Source: Eledone cirrhosa
Taxonomy: Eukaryota
Reading direction: 5' to 3'
DNA: 64,000 nucleotides
Assembly: GCA_964016885.1 (NCBI GenBank)
Contig: CAXHJY010000107.1
Location: 1 to 64,000, forward strand
Part shown: piece by piece, positions 15,001 to 26,939 of the stretch
Layout: every line of letters begins with the position of its first letter
Numbering within the stretch: the stretch's first letter is position 1
Position numbers and translations under genes: made by a program
The notes under the pieces: generated by a model
What the model was told of the DNA's origin: nothing
What the model saw: only the letters and a program-made list of their open reading frames with translations
Database searches by the model: none

Positions 15001-17550
15001 TGTTATCTCTCCTTGGCTGGCGGAAAATTATCTCCCCTTGGACGGCTGGAAATTATCTCCCCTTGGAAGGATGGAAATTATCTCCCCTTGGACGGCTGGA
15101 AATTATCTACCCCTGATTTTTTTTACAAATTATCTCCCCCTGATTTTTTTTACAAATTATCTCCCCCTGATTTTTTTTACAAATTATCTACCCCTGATTT
15201 TTTTTACAAATTATCTCCCCCTGATTTTTTTTACAAATTATCTCCCCCTGATTTTTTTTTTACAAATTATCTCCCCCTGATTTTTTTACAAATTATCTCC
15301 CCCTGATTTTTTTTACAAATTATCTCCGCCTGATTTTTTTAAATGTCATCTCTCCTTGGCTGGCGGGAAATTATCTCCCCTTGGACGGCTGGAAATTATC
15401 TCCCCTTGGAAGGATGGAAATTATCTCCCCTTGGACGGCTGGAAATTATCTACCCCTGATTTATTTTACAAATTATCTCCCCCTGATGTTTTTTACAAAT
15501 TATCTACCCCTGATTTTTTTACAAATTATCTCCCCTTGGCTGGCTGGAAATTATCTCCCCTTGGACGGCTAGAAATTACCTCTCCTTGGACGGCTGAAAA
15601 TTATCTCCCCTTGGACGGCTGGAAATTATCTCCCCTTGATTTTTTTACAAATTATCACCCCCTGATTTTTTTTTTACAAATTATCTCCCCCTGATTTTTT
15701 TTTACAAATTATCTCCCCCTGATTTTTGTTTACAAATTATCTCCGCCTGATTTTTTAAAAAAAATAATCTCCCCTTGTACGGCTGGAAATTATCTCCCCT
15801 TGGACGGCTAGAAATTACCTCTCCTTGGACGGCTGAAAATTATCTCCCCTTGGACGGCTGGAAATTATCTCCCCTTGATTTTTTTACAAATTATCTCCCC
15901 CTGATTTTTTTTTTACAAATTATCTCCCCCTGATTTTTTTTTACAAATTATCTACCCCTGATTTTTTTTTACAAATTATCGCCCCCTGATTTTTTTTACA
16001 AATTATCTCCCCCTGATTTTTTTTACAAATTATCTCCCCCTGATTTTTTTACAAATTATCTCCCCCTGATTTTTTTTACAAATTATCTCCGCCTGATTTT
16101 TTAAATATTATCTCTCCTTGGCTGGCGGGAAATTATCTCCCCTTGGACGGCTGGAAATTATCTCCCCTTGGAAGGATGGAAATTATCTCCCCTTGGACGG
16201 CTGGAAATTATCTACCCCTGATTTTTTTTACAAATTATCTCCCCCTGATTTTTTTACAAATTATCTCCCCCTGATTTTTTTTACAAATTATCTCCGCCTG
16301 ATTTTTTTAAATGTTATCTCTCCTTGGCTGGCGGGAAATTATCTCCCCTTGGACGGCTGGAAATTATCTCCCCTTGGAAGGATGGAAATTATCTCCCCTT
16401 GGACGGCTGAAAATTATCTACCCCTGATTTTTTTTACAAATTATCTCCCCCTGATTTTTTTTTACAAATTATCTCCCCCTGATTTTTTTTACAAATTATC
16501 TACCCCTGATTTTTTCTACAAATTATCTCCCCCTGATTTTTTTTACAAATTATCTCCCCCTGATTTTTTTTTTACAAATTATCACCCCCTGATTTTTTTA
16601 CAAATTATCTCCCCCTGATTTTTTTTTTACAAATTATCTCCCCTTGGCTGGCTGGAAATTTTCTCCCCTTGGAGGCTGGAACTTATCTCCCCTTGGACGG
16701 CTAGAAATTACCTCTCCTTGGACGGCTGGAAAATATGTCTCCTTGGACGGCTGGATATTATCTCCCCTTGGACGGCTGGAAATTATCTCCCCTTGGACGG
16801 CTGGAAATTATCTCCCCTTGGATGGCTAGATATTACCTCCCCTTGGACGGCTGGAAATTATCTCCCCTTGATTTTTTTTACAAATTATCTCCCCCTGATT
16901 TTTTTTTACAAATTATCTCCCCCTGATTTTTTTTTACAAATTATCTCCCCCTGATTTTTGTTTACAAATTATCTCCGCCTGATTTTTAAAAAAAAATTAT
17001 ATCCCTTGGACGGCTGGAAATTATCTCCCCTTGGACGGCTAGAAATTACCTCCTTGGACGGCTGAAAATTATCTCCCCTTGGACGGCTGGAAATTATCTC
17101 CCCTTGATTTTTTTACAAATTATCTCCCCCTGATTTTTTTTTTACAAATTATCTCCCCCTGATTTTTTTTTACAAATTATCTACCCCTGATTTTTTTTTA
17201 CAAATCATCTCCCCCTGATTTTTTTTACAAATTATCTCCCCTGATTTTTTTTTACAAATTATCTCCCCCTGATTTTTTTACAAATTATCTCCCCCTGATT
17301 TTTTTTACAAATTATCTCCGCCTGATTTTTTTAAATATTATCTCTCCTTGGCTGGCGGGAAATTATCTCCCCTTGGACGGCTGGAAATTATCTCCCCTTG
17401 GAAGGATGGAAATTATCTCCCCTTGGACGGCTGGAAATTATCTACCCCTGATTTTTTTTACAAATTATCTCCCCCTGATTTTTTTACAAATTATCTCCCC
17501 CTGATTTTTTTTACAAATTATCTCCGCCTGATTTTTTTAAATGTTATCTC
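1..17550 (+). repeat. Satellite A, left array: mixed 25 bp GC-tail monomers (AAATTATCTCCCCTTGGACGGCTGG) and about 26-29 bp T-tract monomers (AAATTATCTCCCCCTGATTTTTTTTAC); continues beyond the window start
   Basis: The core AAATTATCTCCCC or a close variant recurs every 25-29 bp without interruption from position 1 to ...AAATGTTATCTC at 17550. Length divided by monomer size gives roughly 670 monomers. Confidence 0.98.
1..17550 (+). repeat. About 6.9-7.0 kb higher-order repeat of satellite A (about 2.5 copies, the third cut off by satellite B)
   Basis: Rare variants recur at this period: TAGAATTTAC at 54/6941/13971, TTGTACGG at 1885/8746/15775, ACAATCTCCG at 6538/13518, CGAATTATC at 5961/12941. 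ORF-track offsets agree (890/7778/14807; 4297/11278). Confidence 0.92.
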
Positions 17551-17567
17551 AATAATTTGTAAAAAAA
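17551..17567 (-). other. Left A/B junction filler: inverted 16 bp fragment of the satellite A T-tract monomer
   Basis: 17552-17567 ATAATTTGTAAAAAAA is the exact reverse complement of TTTTTTTACAAATTAT (nearest copy 17506-17521). Its A7 run also serves as the A-tract before the first B monomer (CGGGGCACCC at 17568). Confidence 0.9.
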
Positions 17568-20500
17568 CGGGGCACCCAAATAAAAAACGGACCCTCCCCA
17601 TAAAAAAACGGGGCACCCAAATAAAAAACGGGACCCCCCCATAAAAAAACGGGGCACCCAAATAAAAAACGGACCCCCCCCATAAAAAAACGGGGCACCC
17701 AAATAAAAAACGGGACCCCCCCATAAAAAAACGGGGCACCCAAATAAAAAACGGACCCCCCCATAAAAAAACGGGGCACCCAAATAAAAAACGGGGTACC
17801 CAAATAAAAAACGGGGCACCCAAATAAAAAACGGACCCCCCCATAAAAAAACGGGGCACCCAAATAAAAAACGGGGCACCCAAATAAAAAACGGGGTACC
17901 CAAATAAAAAACGGGGCACCCAAATAAAAAACGGACCCCCCCATAAAAAAAACGGGGCACCCAAATAAAAAACGGACCCCCCCCATAAAAAAACGGGGCA
18001 CCCAAATAAAAAACGGGGTACCCAAATAAAAAACGGGGTACCCAGATAAAAAACGGGCCCCCCCATAAAAAAACGGGGCACCCAAATAAAAAACGGGGCA
18101 CCCAAATATAAAACGGGGCACCCAAATAAAAAACGGATCCCCCCATAAAAAAACGGGGCACCCAAATAAAAAACGGGGCACCCAAATAAAAAACGGACCC
18201 CCCCATAAAAAAACGGGGCACCCAAATAAAAAACGGGGTACCCAAATAAAAAACGGACCCCCCCCATAAAAAAACGGGGCACCCAAATAAAAAACGGGAC
18301 CCCCCCATAAAAAAACGGGGCACCCAAATAAAAAACGGACCCCCCCCATAAAAAAACGGGGCACCCAAATAAAAAACGGACCCCCCCATAAAAGAACGGG
18401 GCACCCAAATAAAAAACGGGGTACCCAAATAAAAAACGGACCCCCCCCCATAAAAAAACGGGGCACCCAAATAAAAAACGGGACCCCCCCCATAAAAAAA
18501 CGGGGCACCCAAATAAAAAACGGACCCCCCCATAAAAAAACGGGGCACCCAAATATAAAACGGACCCCCCCCATAAAAAAACGGGGCACCCAAATAAAAA
18601 ACGGGGTACCCAAATAAAAAACGGCCCCCCCCATAAAAAAACGGGGCACCCAAATAAAAAACGGACCCCCCCATAAAAAAACGGGGCACCCAAATAAAAA
18701 ACGGGGTACCCAAATAAAAAACGGGGCACCCAAATAAAAAACGGACTCCCCCATAAAAAAACGGGGCACCCAAATAAAAAACGGGGCACCCAAATAAAAA
18801 ACGGGGTACCCAAATAAAAAACGGGGCACCCAAATAAAAAACGGACTCCCCCATAAAAAAAACGGGGCACCCAAATAAAAAAACGGGGCACCCAAATAAA
18901 AAACGGGGTACCCAAATAAAAAACGGGGTACCCAGATAAAAAACGGACCCCGCCATAAAAAAACGGGGCACCCAAATAAAAAACGGGGCACCCAAATATA
19001 AAACGGGGCACCCAAATAAAAAACGGATCCCCCCCATAAAAAAACGGGGCACCCAAATAAAAAACGGGGCACCCAAATAAAAAACGGACCCCCCCATAAA
19101 AAACGGGACCCCCCCATAAAAAAACGGGGCACCCAAATAAAAAACGGACCCCCCCATAAAAAAACGGGGCACCCAAATAAAAAACGGGGTACCCAAATAA
19201 AAAACGGACCCCCCCCCATAAAAAAACGGGGCTCCCAAATAAAAAACGGGACCCCCCCCATAAAAAAACGGGGCACCCAAATAAAAAACGGACCCCCCCC
19301 ATAAAAAAACGGGGCACCCAAATAAAAAACGGACCCCCCCATAAAAAAACGGGGCACCCAAATAAAAAACGGGGTACCCAAATAAAAAACGGACCCCCCC
19401 CCATAAAAAACGGGGCACCCAAATAAAAAACGGACCCCCCCATAAAAAAACGGGACACCCAAATAAAAAACGGGGTACCCAAATAAAAAACGGACCCCCC
19501 ATAAAAAAACGGGGCACCCAAATAAAAAACGGGACCCCCCCAGAAAAAAACGGGGCACCCAAATAAAAAACGGGACCCCCCCCATAAAAAAACGGGGCAC
19601 CCAAATAAAAAACGGACCCCCCCCCCATAAAAAAACGGGGCACCCAAATAAAAAACGGACCCCCCCATAAAAAAACGGGGCACCCAAATAAAAAACGGAG
19701 CACCCAAATAAAAAACGGACCCCCCCATAAAAAAACGGGGCACCCAAATAAAAAACGGGACCCCCCCCATAAAAAAACGGGGCACCCAAATAAAAAACGG
19801 GGTACCCAAATAAAAAACGGACCCCCCCATAAAAAAAACGGGGCACCCAAATAAAAAACGGGACCCCCCCATAAAAAAACGGGACACCCAAATAAAAAAC
19901 GGGGCACCCAAATAAAAAACGGACCCCCCCCATAAAAAAACGGGGCACCCAAATAAAAAACGGGGTACCCAAATAAAAAACGGGGTACCCAGATAAAAAA
20001 CGGACCCCCCCATAAAAAAACGGGGCACCCAAATAAAAAACGGACCCCCCCATAAAAAAACGGGGCACCCAAATAAAAAACGGGATACCCAAATAAAAAA
20101 CGGACCCCCCCATAAAAAAACGGGGCACCCAAATAAAAAACGGGACCCCCCCATAAAAAAACGGGGCACCCAAATAAAAAACGGACCCCCCCATAAAAAA
20201 ACGGGGCACCCAAATAAAAAACGGACCCCCCCCATAAAAAAACGGGGCACCCAAATAAAAAACGGGGTACCCAAATAAAAAACGGGGCACCCAAATAAAA
20301 AACGGGGTACCCAAATAAAAAACGGCCCCCCCATAAAAAAACGGGGCACCCAAATAAAAAACGGACCCCCCCATAAAAAAACGGGGCACCCAAATAAAAA
20401 ACGGGGTACCCAAATAAAAAACGGGGCACCCAAATAAAAAACGGACTCCCCCATAAAAAAACGGGGCACCCAAATAAAAAACGGGGCACCCAAATAAAAA

Positions 20501-23500
20501 ACGGGGTACCCAAATAAAAAACGGGGCACCCAAATATAAAACGGGGCACCCAAATAAAAAACGGATCCCCCCATAAAAAAACGGGGCACCCAAATAAAAA
20601 ACGGGGCACCCAAATAAAAAACGGACCCCCCCCATAAAAAAACGGGACACCAAAATAAAAAACGGGGTACCCAAATAAAAAACGGACCCCCCCATAATAA
20701 AACGGGGCACCCAAATAAAAAACGGGACCCCCCCATAAAAAAACGGGGCACCCAAATAAAAAACGGACCCCCCCATAAAAAAACGGGACACCCAAATAAA
20801 AAACGGACCCCCCCATAAAAAAACGGGGCACCCAAATAAAAAACGGGGCACCCAAATAAAAAACGGGACACCCAAATAAAAAACGGATCCCCCCATAAAA
20901 AAACGGGGCACCCAAATAAAAAACGGGGTACCCAAATAAAAAACGGACCCCCCCATAAAAAAACGGGGCACCCAAATAAAAAACGGGACCCCCCATAAAA
21001 AAACGGGGCACCCAAATAAAAAACGGACCCCCCCCATAAAAAAACGGGGCACCCAAATAAAAAACGGACCCCCCCATAAAAAAACGGGACACCCAGATAA
21101 AAAACGGGGTACCCAAATAAAAAACGGGGCACCCAAATAAAAAACGGACCCCCCCATAAAAAAACGGGGCACCCAAATAAAAAACGGGACCCCCCCCATA
21201 AAAAAACGGGACACCCAAATAAAAAACGGGGTACCCAAATAAAAAACGAACCCCCCCATAAAAAAACGGGGCACCCAAATAAAAAACGGGACCCCCCCAT
21301 AAAAAAAACGGGGCACCCAAATAAAAAACGGACCCCCCCCATAAAAAAACGGGGCACCCAAATAAAAAACGGGGTACCCAAATAAAAAACGGACCCCCCC
21401 ATAAAAAAACGGGGCACCCAAATAAAAAACGGGACCCCCCAATAAAAAAACGGGGCACCCAAATAAAAAACGGACCCTCCCCATAAAAAAACGGGCCACC
21501 CAAATAAAAAACGGGACCCCCCCATAAAAAAACGGGGCACCCAAATAAAAAACGGACCCTCCCATAAAAAAACGGGGCACCCAAATAAAAAACGGACCCC
21601 CCCCATAAAAAAAACGGGGCACCCAAATAAAAAACGGGGTACCCAAATAAAAAACGCCCCCCCCCCCCCATAAAAAAACGGGACACCCAAATAAAAAACG
21701 GGGTACCCAAATAAAAAACGCCCCCCCCCCATAAAAAAACGGGGCACCCAAATAAAAAACGGACCCCCCATAAAAAACGGGGCACCCAAATAAAAAACGG
21801 GGTACCCAAATAAAAAACGGGGCACCCAAATAAAAAACGGACCCCCCCATAAAAAAACGGGGCACCCAAATAAAAAACGGGGCACCCAAATAAAAAACGG
21901 GGTACCCAAATAAAAAACGGGGCACCCAAATAAAAAACGGACCCCCCCCATAAAAAAAACGGGGCACCCAAATAAAAAACGGACCACCCCCCATAAAAAA
22001 ACGGGGCACCCAAATAAAAAACGGGGTACCCAAATAAAAAACGGACCCCCCCATAAAAAAAACGGGGCACCCAAATAAAAAACGGACCCCCCCCCCATAA
22101 AAAAACGGGGCACCCAAATAAAAAACGGGGTACCCAAATAAAAAACGGCCCCCCCCATAAAAAAACGGGGCACCCAAATAAAAAACGGGGCACCCAAATA
22201 AAAAACGGGGCACCCAAATAAAAAACGGGGCACCCAATTAAAAAACGGACCCCACCATAAAAAAACGGGGCACCCAAATAAAAAACGGGGTACCCAAATA
22301 AAAAACGAACCCCCCCATAAAAAAACGGGGCACCCAAATAAAAAACGGATCCCCCCATAAAAAAACGGGGCACCCAAATAAAAAACGGGGTACCCAAATA
22401 AAAAACGGACCCCCCCATAAAAAAACGGGGCACCCAAATAAAAAACGGGACCCCCCATAAAAAAACGGGTCACCCAAATAAAAAACGGACCCCCCCCATA
22501 AAAAAACGGGGCACCCAAATAAAAAACGGACCCCCCCATAAAAAAACGGGGCACCCAAATAAAAAACGGGGTACCCAAATAAAAAACGGACCCCCCCATA
22601 AAAAAACGGGGCACCCAAATAAAAAACGGGACCCCCCCATAAAAAAACGGGGCACCCAAATAAAAAACGTACCCGCCCCATAAAAAAACGGGGCACCCAA
22701 ATAAAAAACGAACCCCCCCATAAAAAAACGGGGCACCCAAATAAAAAACGGGGCACCCAAATAAAAAACGGACCCCCCCATAAAAAAACGGGGCACCCAA
22801 ATAAAAAACGGGACCCCCCCCATAAAAAAACGGGGCACCCAAATAAAAAACGGGGTACCCAAATAAAAAACGGACCCCCCCATAAAAAAACGGGGCACCC
22901 AAATAAAAAACGGGACCCCCCCATAAAAAAACGGGACACCCAAATAAAAAACGGGGCACCCAAATAAAAAACGGACCCCCCCCATAAAAAAACGGGGCAC
23001 CCAAATAAAAAACGGGGTACCCAAATAAAAAACGGGGTACCCAGATAAAAAACGGACCCCCCCATAAAAAAACGGGGCACCCAAATAAAAAACGGACCCC
23101 CCCATAAAAAAACGGGGCACCCAAATAAAAAACGGGGTACCCAAATAAAAAACGGACCCCCCCCATAAAAAAACGGGGCACCCAAATAAAAAACGGGGCA
23201 CCCAAATAAATAACGGGGCACCCAATTAAAAAACGGACCCCCCCATAAAAAAACGGGGCACCCAAATAAAAAACGGGGTACCCAAATAAAAAACGAACCC
23301 CCCCCCATAAAAAAACGGGGCACCCAAATAAAAAACGGGACCCCCCCATAAAAAAACGGGGCACCCAAATAAAAAACGGACCCCCCCCATAAAAAAACGG
23401 GGCACCCAAATAAAAAACGGGACCCCCCCATAAAAAAACGGGGCACCCAAATAAAAAACGGGACCCCCCATAAAAAAACGGGGCACCCAAATAAAAAACG

Positions 23501-25029
23501 AACCCCCCCCCATAAAAAAACGGGGCACCCAAATAAAAAACGGGGTACCCCCATAAAAAAACGGGGCACCCAAATAAAAAACGGACCCCCCCCCATAAAA
23601 AAACAGGGCACCCAAATAAAAAACGGGGTACCCAAATAAAAAACGGACCCCCCCATAAAAAAAACGGGGCACCCAAATAAAAAACGGACCCCCCCCCATA
23701 AAAAAACGGGGCACCCAAATAAAAAACGGGGTACCCAAATAAAAAACGGGGTACCCAGATAAAAAACGGTCCCCCCATAAAAAAACGGGGCACCCAAATA
23801 AAAAACGGACCCCCCCATAAAAAAACGGGGCACCCAAATAAAAAACGGGGCACCCAAATAAAAAACGGGACCCCCCCGTAAAAAAACGGGACACCCAAAT
23901 AAAAAACGGATCCCCCCCCCATAAAAAAACGGGGCACCCAAATAAAAAACGGACCCCCCCATAAAAAAACGGGGCACCCAAATAAAAAACGGGGTACCCA
24001 AATAAAAAACGGACCCCCCCATAAAAAAACGGGGTACCCAAATAAAAAACGGGACCCCCCCCCATAAAAAAACGGGGCACCCAAATAAAAAACGGGACCC
24101 CCCCATAAAAAAACGGGGCACCCAAATAAAAAACGGACCCCCCATAAGAAAACGGGGCACCCAAATAAAAAACGGACCCCCCCCATAAAAAAACGGGGCA
24201 CCCAAATAAAAAACGGGGTACCCAAATAAAAAACGGACCCCCCCCATAAAAAAACGGGGCACCCAAATAAAAAACGGACCCCCCCATAAAAAAACGGGGC
24301 ACCCAAATAAAAAACGGACCCCCCCCACAAAAAAACGGGGCACCCAAATAAAAAACGGGGTACCCAAATAAAAAACGGACCCCCCCCATAAAAAAACGGG
24401 GCACCCAAATAAAAAACGGGACCCCCCCATAAAAAAACGGGGCACCCAAATAAAAAACGGACCCCCCCCATAAAAAAACGGGGCACCCAAATAAAAAACG
24501 GCCCCCCCCATAAAAAAACGGGGCACCCAAATAAAAAACGGGGTACCCAAATAAAAAACGGACCCCCCCCATAAAAAAACGGGGCACCCAAATAAAAAAC
24601 GGACCCCCCCCATAAAAAAACGGGGCACCCAAATAAAAAACGGACCCCCCCCATAAAAAAACGGGGCACCCAAATAAAAAACGGACCCCCCCCATAAAAA
24701 AACGGGGCACCCAAATAAAAAACGGGGTACCCAAATAAAAAACGGACCACCCCCCATAAAAAACGGGGCACCCAAATAAAAAACGGACCCCCCCATAAAA
24801 AAACGGGACACCCAAATAAAAAACGGCGTACCCAAATAAAAAACGGACCCCCCCCATAAAAAAACGGGGCACCAAAATAAAAAACGGGACCCCCCCAGAA
24901 AAAAACGGGGCACCCAAATAAAAAACGGGACACCCAAATAAAAAACGGATCCCCCCATAAAAAAACGGGGCACCCAAATAAAAAACGGGGTACCCAAATA
25001 AAAAACGGACCCCCCCATAAAAAAACGGG

Positions 25030-26800
25030 GCACCCAAATAAAAAACGGGACCCCCCATAAAAAAACGGGTCACCCAAATAAAAAACGGACCCCCCCATAA
25101 AACAACGGGGCACCCAAATAAAAAACGGACCCCCCATAAAAAAACGGGGCACCCAAATAAAAAACGGGGTACCCAAATAAAAAACGGACCCCCCCATAAA
25201 AAAACGGGGCACCCAAATAAAAAACGGGACCCCCCCATAAAAAAACGGGGCACCCAAATAAAAAACGGACCCGCCCCATAAAAAAACGGGGCACCCAAAT
25301 AAAAAACGAACCCCCCCATAAAAAAACGGGGCACCCAAATAAAAAACGGGGCACCCAAATAAAAAACGGACCCTCCCATAAAAAAACGGGGCACCCAAAT
25401 AAAAAACGGACCCCCCCATAAAAAAACGGGGCACCCAAATAAATACGGGACCCCCCCATAAAAAAACGGGACACCCAAATAAAAAACGGGGCACCCAAAT
25501 AAAAAACGGACCCCCCCATAAAAAAACGGGGCACCCAAATAAAAAACGGGGTACCCAAATAAAAAACGGGGTACCCAGATAAAAAACGGACCCCCCCATA
25601 AAAAAACGGGGCACCCAAATAAAAAACGGACCCCCCCATAAAAAAACGGGGCACCCAAATAAAAAACGGGGTACCCAAATAAAAAACGGACCCCCCCCAT
25701 AAAAAAACGGGGCACCCAAATAAAAAACGGGACACCCCCATAAAAAAACGGGGCACCCAAATAAAAAACGGAACCCCCCCATAAAAAAACGGGGCACCCA
25801 AATAAAAAACGGACCCCCCCATAAAAAAACGGGGCACCCAAATAAAAAACGGGGTACCCAAATAAAAAACGGGGTACCCAAATAAAAAACGGACCCCCCC
25901 CATAAAAAAACGGGGCACCCAAATAAAAAACGGACCCCCCATAAAAAAACGGGGCACCCAAATAAAAAACGGGACCCCCCATAAAAAAACGGGTCACCCA
26001 AATAAAAAACGGACCCCCCCATAAAAAAACGGGGCACCCAAATAAAAAACGGACCCCCCATAAAAAAACGGGGCACCCAAATAAAAAACGGGGTACCCAA
26101 ATAAAAAACGGACCCCCCCATAAAAAAACGGGGCACCCAAATAAAAAACGGGACCCCCCCATAAAAAAACGGGGCACCCAAATAAAAAACGGACCCGCCC
26201 CATAAAAAAACGGGGCACCCAAATAAAAAACGAACCCCCCCATAAAAAAACGGGGCACCCAAATAAAAAACGGGGCACCCAAATAAAAAACGGACCCTCC
26301 CATAAAAAAACGGGGCACCCAAATAAAAAACGGACCCCCCCATAAAAAAACGGGGCACCCAAATAAATACGGGACCCCCCCATAAAAAAACGGGACACCC
26401 AAATAAAAAACGGGGCACCCAAATAAAAAACGGACCCCCCCATAAAAAAACGGGGCACCCAAATAAAAAACGGGGTACCCAAATAAAAAACGGGGTACCC
26501 AGATAAAAAACGGACCCCCCCATAAAAAAACGGGGCACCCAAATAAAAAACGGACCCCCCCATAAAAAAACGGGGCACCCAAATAAAAAACGGGGTACCC
26601 AAATAAAAAACGGACCCCCCCCATAAAAAAACGGGGCACCCAAATAAAAAACGGGACACCCCCATAAAAAAACGGGGCACCCAAATAAAAAACGGAACCC
26701 CCCCATAAAAAAACGGGGCACCCAAATAAAAAACGGACCCCCCCATAAAAAAACGGGGCACCCAAATAAAAAACGGGGTACCCAAATAAAAAACGGGGCA
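25030..26800 (+). repeat. About 925 bp tandem duplication within satellite B (recurring at about 36320-38100 and 45900-47700)
   Basis: CGGGTCACCC at 25066/25990, 36357/37282 and about 45944/46869. CGGACCCGCCCC at 25266/26190, 36557/37482 and 46144/47069. Boundaries are approximate. Confidence 0.88.
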
Positions 26801-26939
26801 CCCAAATAAAAAACGGGGTACCCAAATAATAAACGGGGCACCCAGATAAAAAACGGACCCCCCCCATAAAAAAAACGGGGCACCCAAATAAAAAACTGAC
26901 CCCCCCCATAAAAAAACGGGGCACCCAAATAAAAAACGG

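Noticed and set aside
1-17550. CRISPR-like pattern of a constant core plus a variable segment
   Set aside because: The core is only about 13 bp, and the 12-16 bp variable parts fall into two repetitive families rather than unique spacers. There is no leader and there are no cas genes.
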